Assembly: GCA_965649825.1 (NCBI GenBank)
Contig: OZ287715.1
Span: 62,001-126,000 of the forward strand
Reading direction: 5' to 3'
Source: Penicillus capitatus
Taxonomy: Eukaryota; Plantae; Chlorophyta
Length of the DNA stretch: 64,000 nucleotides
In this document: positions 59,701 through 64,000 of the stretch, one piece after another
How the letters are laid out: the number at the start of each line of letters is the position of its first letter
How positions within the stretch are numbered: position 1 is the stretch's first letter
Notes under the pieces: generated by a model
What the model was told of the DNA's origin: nothing
The model's input: only the letters and a program-made list of their open reading frames with translations
The model's database searches: none
Translations under genes and position numbers: made by a program

Positions 59701-61114
59701 AAAAGCAGGGATGGATACTCTTGGTGGAGGATGCATGCATTCAAACCGTACTCAATGATGCGTTGCTGGTCGGACAGAGCATCTGCCATCGCCTCTTTGC
59801 AGGCTTGAATGATCCATTCAGGATCGGAAATGTACTTGAAGAATTCTTCCAATTCAGAAAATGAAATGGCGGCGGAGGACCTCGATTTCCACACCTCCTT
59901 GTAGATATCCTCTTTTGGAAGTCTTGCCGTTTCTGCAACTCTGAATGCTTCTTCATAGTCATTCTGCATAAGCAACGATGATACATGCTCCGAAGGCGAT
60001 CGTCTCTGGAACACTCCGAAATTCAGTTCTTGTTCTCCAGACCTTCGAAAATCGAAATTCAGACACCCAAGATCAACGTACAGGTAACAACCTACTCTGT
60101 GGTTTGCTGAGGTGTCATCGTCATGATTCCGTTAGGAATACTACGCCCAAGCAGTTGCATGTGTGCATGTGTCGTTTCTGTTGACAGAATACTAAATGCT
60201 CCATCTGTCGATCCAACAAACAGCATCCTCCCAATGTCCGTCGTTAACGCCAGAATATCATCATTCCAGAACAATGCATCGTTGGATGTCCTCAGAACAT
60301 CATCTGGTATGCCAGTGAGTGGCACTTCCACCATTCGGTCCCTCTCCATGCAAAAGAAAACGGGTGGTTGACCATGTCTGGACACCAACAGAGACTTCCC
60401 ACTGGGAGATAAATCCATTCGACACCACGAGGCACGATCAGGTACAGATTTTCTCCATGACTCAAATCCAGAGAGCGGATCTCGAAGGTTGTACAGTAAT
60501 GACCATGCATCGAATGTTCGATTCATTCTCCACACAGTCATATTAAAATCAAGGTTCTTTGCAACACCGCCAACAGCACAGATGCGTTTTTGTGGGATCA
60601 CTGTCATTTGAGGCCAACAGTGGTAGCGATGAACAGACAAGACAGCGTCTGTCCGGCTTGTCAGGGTATAGTGTGTCCATAACTGACCGTCGGAAGCAGC
60701 AAGGAGCAGTAGATTCTCCTTCAGAAGTGCAAGAGTTGATAACATCTTCACATGAGATGACAGATCCAGCGCCTTGATCTGGACACCCGTGCATGAAAAC
60801 AGCAATACTGTTCCGTGAAGTGTTCCCACTCCTAACGTCGTTCCACTGCCGGACCAAGACATATCCACCACCCTGTCGTCTGCACCCATCATCTCCAGTG
60901 CGACAAGCACCGAGTTGGCAGTTAGAGAGGGGACTGCTGAGAGTGTTATGAGATGTAGTTCTGTGCGGTGTTTGAGCACAGCCACACGTGTTCCATCCTC
61001 CGACATCGCCGTCACAACATCGGAAGGATGTGTTCTGGGAAGGAATTCGTTATCATCCAGGGCAGTCTTCCATAAGGACTCGTGGTGCTCATAGAAAAGC
61101 AGTGGCGTTGACAT
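53794..61114 (-). CDS. NBAS: NBAS/MIP2 (Sec39-domain) Golgi-to-ER tethering subunit
   Basis: N-terminal beta-propeller-like exon; YEEAFRVAETARLPKEDIYK..W; ARMGNVRALQVLFERHPFSL; one 4.6-kb exon with Sec39-type helical repeats. An intron at about 54787-54836 links it in frame to the 3' exons. Confidence 0.88.
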
Positions 61115-61417
61115 TGCAGGACGTGTTAGTAATGATGTGACATCATGGACTGCTGGTTACTTGAACGTCGATGGCTCTCTAATGCGTTTGGATTCGTGCA
61201 GCGGTGTCGCTGATTTCGCATCTTCATTCTTTCAGAGCGAAATTCCAGAGAACTGGTGATTTGTCGTCGAGGGACTTCGGAGAACCTCGTTTCTACCAAC
61301 GTTGCCCTAAGTGGTCGTCTAGGTACGCGTTTAACACTGCCTCCGTGTGTACGTTCGTTCGCCTATGCGTTTCTTTCGCCGAATCCTGTGTTCTGAGACA
61401 GAAGTGGCTGTCATCAG

Positions 61418-64000
61418 ATGGATACAAGATACTTTGGTGGTTGCGGCGATCCCTCTAACCCAGGATTCCTCGCGACAGGGTTTGACCAGATGAACCCGTT
61501 GTCGGTGTTCGACCAAGGGTATCCTCCTCAAAATCACACGAGTCCTGCGTGGTTTGGCTATTCCCCGAGTCAGGCACCTCAGCGTTTTCCGTTCGTTCCG
61601 CCGTCGCCTGTTGGAACGCCATTCGTCGACCTGTCCGGCGAGTCTGTTGGCTGGGGTGGCCAAATGATTCCAGACAATAGTGGGTATCGTATTCCATGGT
61701 TCGGGAAGACCAAAGGAAAAGGGAACAATACAAGGGGTGGTCGAAGGGGTCGCAACAACAATGGCAATAATGATCACCATTATCAGCAGCAGCATCAACA
61801 ACGAAACAGATCACAATGGAATCGAAACAGACGCAGCCATGAAGGTCTGCCTGCTGAGTCTGATGACGTCTTGACAGTGGAAGACATCATACGCATGGTT
61901 CGCAATTCTCCTGAAAACGCACCCCTTGCGCATGATATCTATCAGAGCATTCGTCATTTTGACAGTCGTACATGCTCGGTGCTTTTGAAAGATCTCAGCA
62001 AATTGGGACTGGGTATGAGGGCCATGGAGATCTTTGACTGGTTAAGGAATTCAGATGAGGCTAAAGATCTTAAAAGCCTTTGTGATGTCTATACCTACAC
62101 TGCAATGATTTCTATGTGCATCTATCAACAAGACGTAGACAGAGCATTGCGTCTTGTTGAAGAAATGCACGAGAGACGGATCCAAAGAAATGTTCATACC
62201 TATACAGCCTTGATGAATGTCTGTATCAAATGCGGAAGGTGTCAGTTGGCGCTGGAGTCCTACAGGAACATGCGTGAAGACGGCATTGCACCCAATGTGG
62301 TGACCTACAACACACTTATTGATATTTATGGAAAGATGGGCCAATGGGAACAGGCTGTCAAGGTCTTGGTCGACATGAAGAGTGAGGTCAGTCGCAGTGC
62401 CTCTGTACATTAGGTATCTGCTCACACGTGTGTTGCTGCTATCAGGGTGTCGAGGCTGTACTGAGAACATACAACACCTTGATCATTTCGTGCAACATGT
62501 GCAATCAGCCAAGAGAGGCTCTGGCTGTGTACAATAGGCTTTTGTCCGAGGGTTTCTGTCCAAACGCTACAACGTACAACGCATTGATCTCTGCCTATGG
62601 CAAAGCTGGGCAGCTCGACAAGGTCATGGAAGTCTTTCAAGAAATGGTCTGGAAGGGATGCGAGAGAAGTGTCATCACGTACAGTTCCTTGATTTCTGCC
62701 TGTGAGAAAGCGGGTCAGTGGGAGATTGCACTGCAGCTCTTCAATGAAATGCAACACGAAGGATGCATTCCAAACACTGTGACATACAACTCTCTTATCA
62801 CAGCCTGCGCCCAAGGTACTTTAACTGAATGCCGACAACGCATCGCGTGAGCACATTTTTGACCTGATAGGGGCTCAGTGGGAGAAGGCATGTGACGTGT
62901 TTGAGCAAATGCGTGTCCAAGGCTGTGCCCCAGACGTCGTCACCTACACGGCGCTTATTAGCGCGAACGAAAGAGGCGGTCAATGGAGACGCGCTCTCCA
63001 GGCATACGAAGAAATGCTCACTCAAGATTGCAAACCGGATGCCATTGTCTACAATGCCATTATCGATGCTGTCTGGGAAACTGGTGTCATTTGGGCTCAG
63101 CGAAAAGCACTCACAATTTTCGAGTGTGCCAGAAGGCAAGGGCACTTTAAACAGCAACCAATCCGAAACGTCCATCGAGCAGAAGTCAATCTTCATGCAC
63201 TGACGGCTGGAGTCGCTGTAATGAGTCTGTACAGCTGGCTGTTAGATTTGAAGTACATACACATATGCTCTTACTCATTCACTAACTCTATACTGTGTCC
63301 TCTCTTCAGGATACTGGCGTTGAGAGAGGGAGCTCAAGCACTTCCTGTCCAGCTGTGTATCGTGACGGATAAGGGACGTACGAGTAAGGAACAAGGAAAC
63401 TTAGTTGTCAAGGAGGCTGTGGCTGCAATGATGAACTCATGGGGAGCTCCATTCAGGCCCATGCACGATTCGATGTATGCAGGCGTCCTGGAAGCATCGG
63501 GACGAGACGTAGCTTTGTGGTTGAGTGAAGAACGTTTTGAAGAACGACTTTTTGGGTTTTTCCCCTGCACGAATCTCCTCCCTTCTAATGCAAATAAGGT
63601 AATGATGTGACGTCTTTTACTGTTCTGTCATCTGACGACGGTGTCTGTCCAGTTACCCTTCAAAGAGGGATTGGCAACGGACATTCCAGTTTTGGCAGAT
63701 GATCCTTCCTTTGCCAACGAGGCCGCCGTCGAGACGCGGTGCACTGAGGCATTTGCTGCTGTTCATCATTTTGAGAGTTCCCATTCTCTGACTCTTCAAG
63801 CAATGGGTTTGGCGTACTTACAGCACAGAACCGTCCTCGTGCAGCAGTTGTTTCAATATGGAAAGAAGCTCAATCTTAGAGAAGAGGTTGCTCACGATGC
63901 CGTTCTGCTGATGGACAGAGCCATGTCGACATCCATTCAAATCAAAGAGAACCTCCTGGAACTTCTGTCTGTCGCATGCCTGGTGCTTGCAATGAAGCAG
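61418..64000 (+). CDS. PPR-Smr-cyclin protein (3' end beyond the window)
   Basis: About 9 P-type PPR repeats (DVYTYTAMISMC, NVHTYTALMNVCIKCG, PNVVTYNTLIDIYGKMG); Smr-like VNLHALTAGVAVMSL...IVTDKG; cyclin-box start RTVLVQQLFQYGKKLNLREEVAHDAVLLMDRAMS...LLSVACLVLAMKQ. Confidence 0.9.

Noticed and set aside
1-64000. Non-standard genetic code (TAA/TAG = Gln, as in some ulvophytes)
   Set aside because: TAA, TAG and TGA all end well-conserved genes (NDPK TAG, LPAAT TAA, FtsH TGA), and exons of 725 and over 1500 codons contain no internal TAA/TAG.
1-64000. tRNA, rRNA, snRNA genes, CRISPR arrays, telomeric arrays, transposase or RT ORFs
   Set aside because: No cloverleaf or T-loop context, no recognisable rRNA or snRNA motif, no repeat-spacer array, only an isolated TTTAGGG, and no mobile-element protein motifs were seen.

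Overview
Nuclear DNA from a very gene-dense eukaryote, most likely a chlorophyte green alga with a flagellated stage. Evidence: plastid-targeted FtsH, LPAAT, Tic22-like and PPR-cyclin genes, ciliary IFT88 and DZIP1, the standard genetic code, GT-AG introns mostly about 40-65 nt, and TGTAA poly(A)-type signals. About 31 protein-coding genes can be assembled by hand; I found no tRNA, rRNA, CRISPR array or transposon. Most genes are housekeeping (IFT88, UBX, VPS39, PP4R3, TMCO1, NDPK, FtsH, LPAAT, GlnRS, EMC2, NBAS, two mitoribosomal proteins). The notable items are: (1) an unrecognised four-member family of secreted-type pre-pro-proteins built from Cys-rich repeats, with conserved introns that split a Trp codon; (2) six co-oriented genes separated by only 18-90 bp, a candidate polycistronic unit; (3) an in-frame fusion of mitoribosomal mS35 with an EF-hand pair; (4) a plant OZ1/VAR3-like domain protein without zinc fingers; (5) a sulfotransferase next to an apparently inactive paralog; (6) an accessory-looking island of three scramblases plus two Cys-rich genes. 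All gene models and family assignments come from manual splicing and remembered motifs. No database search was run.
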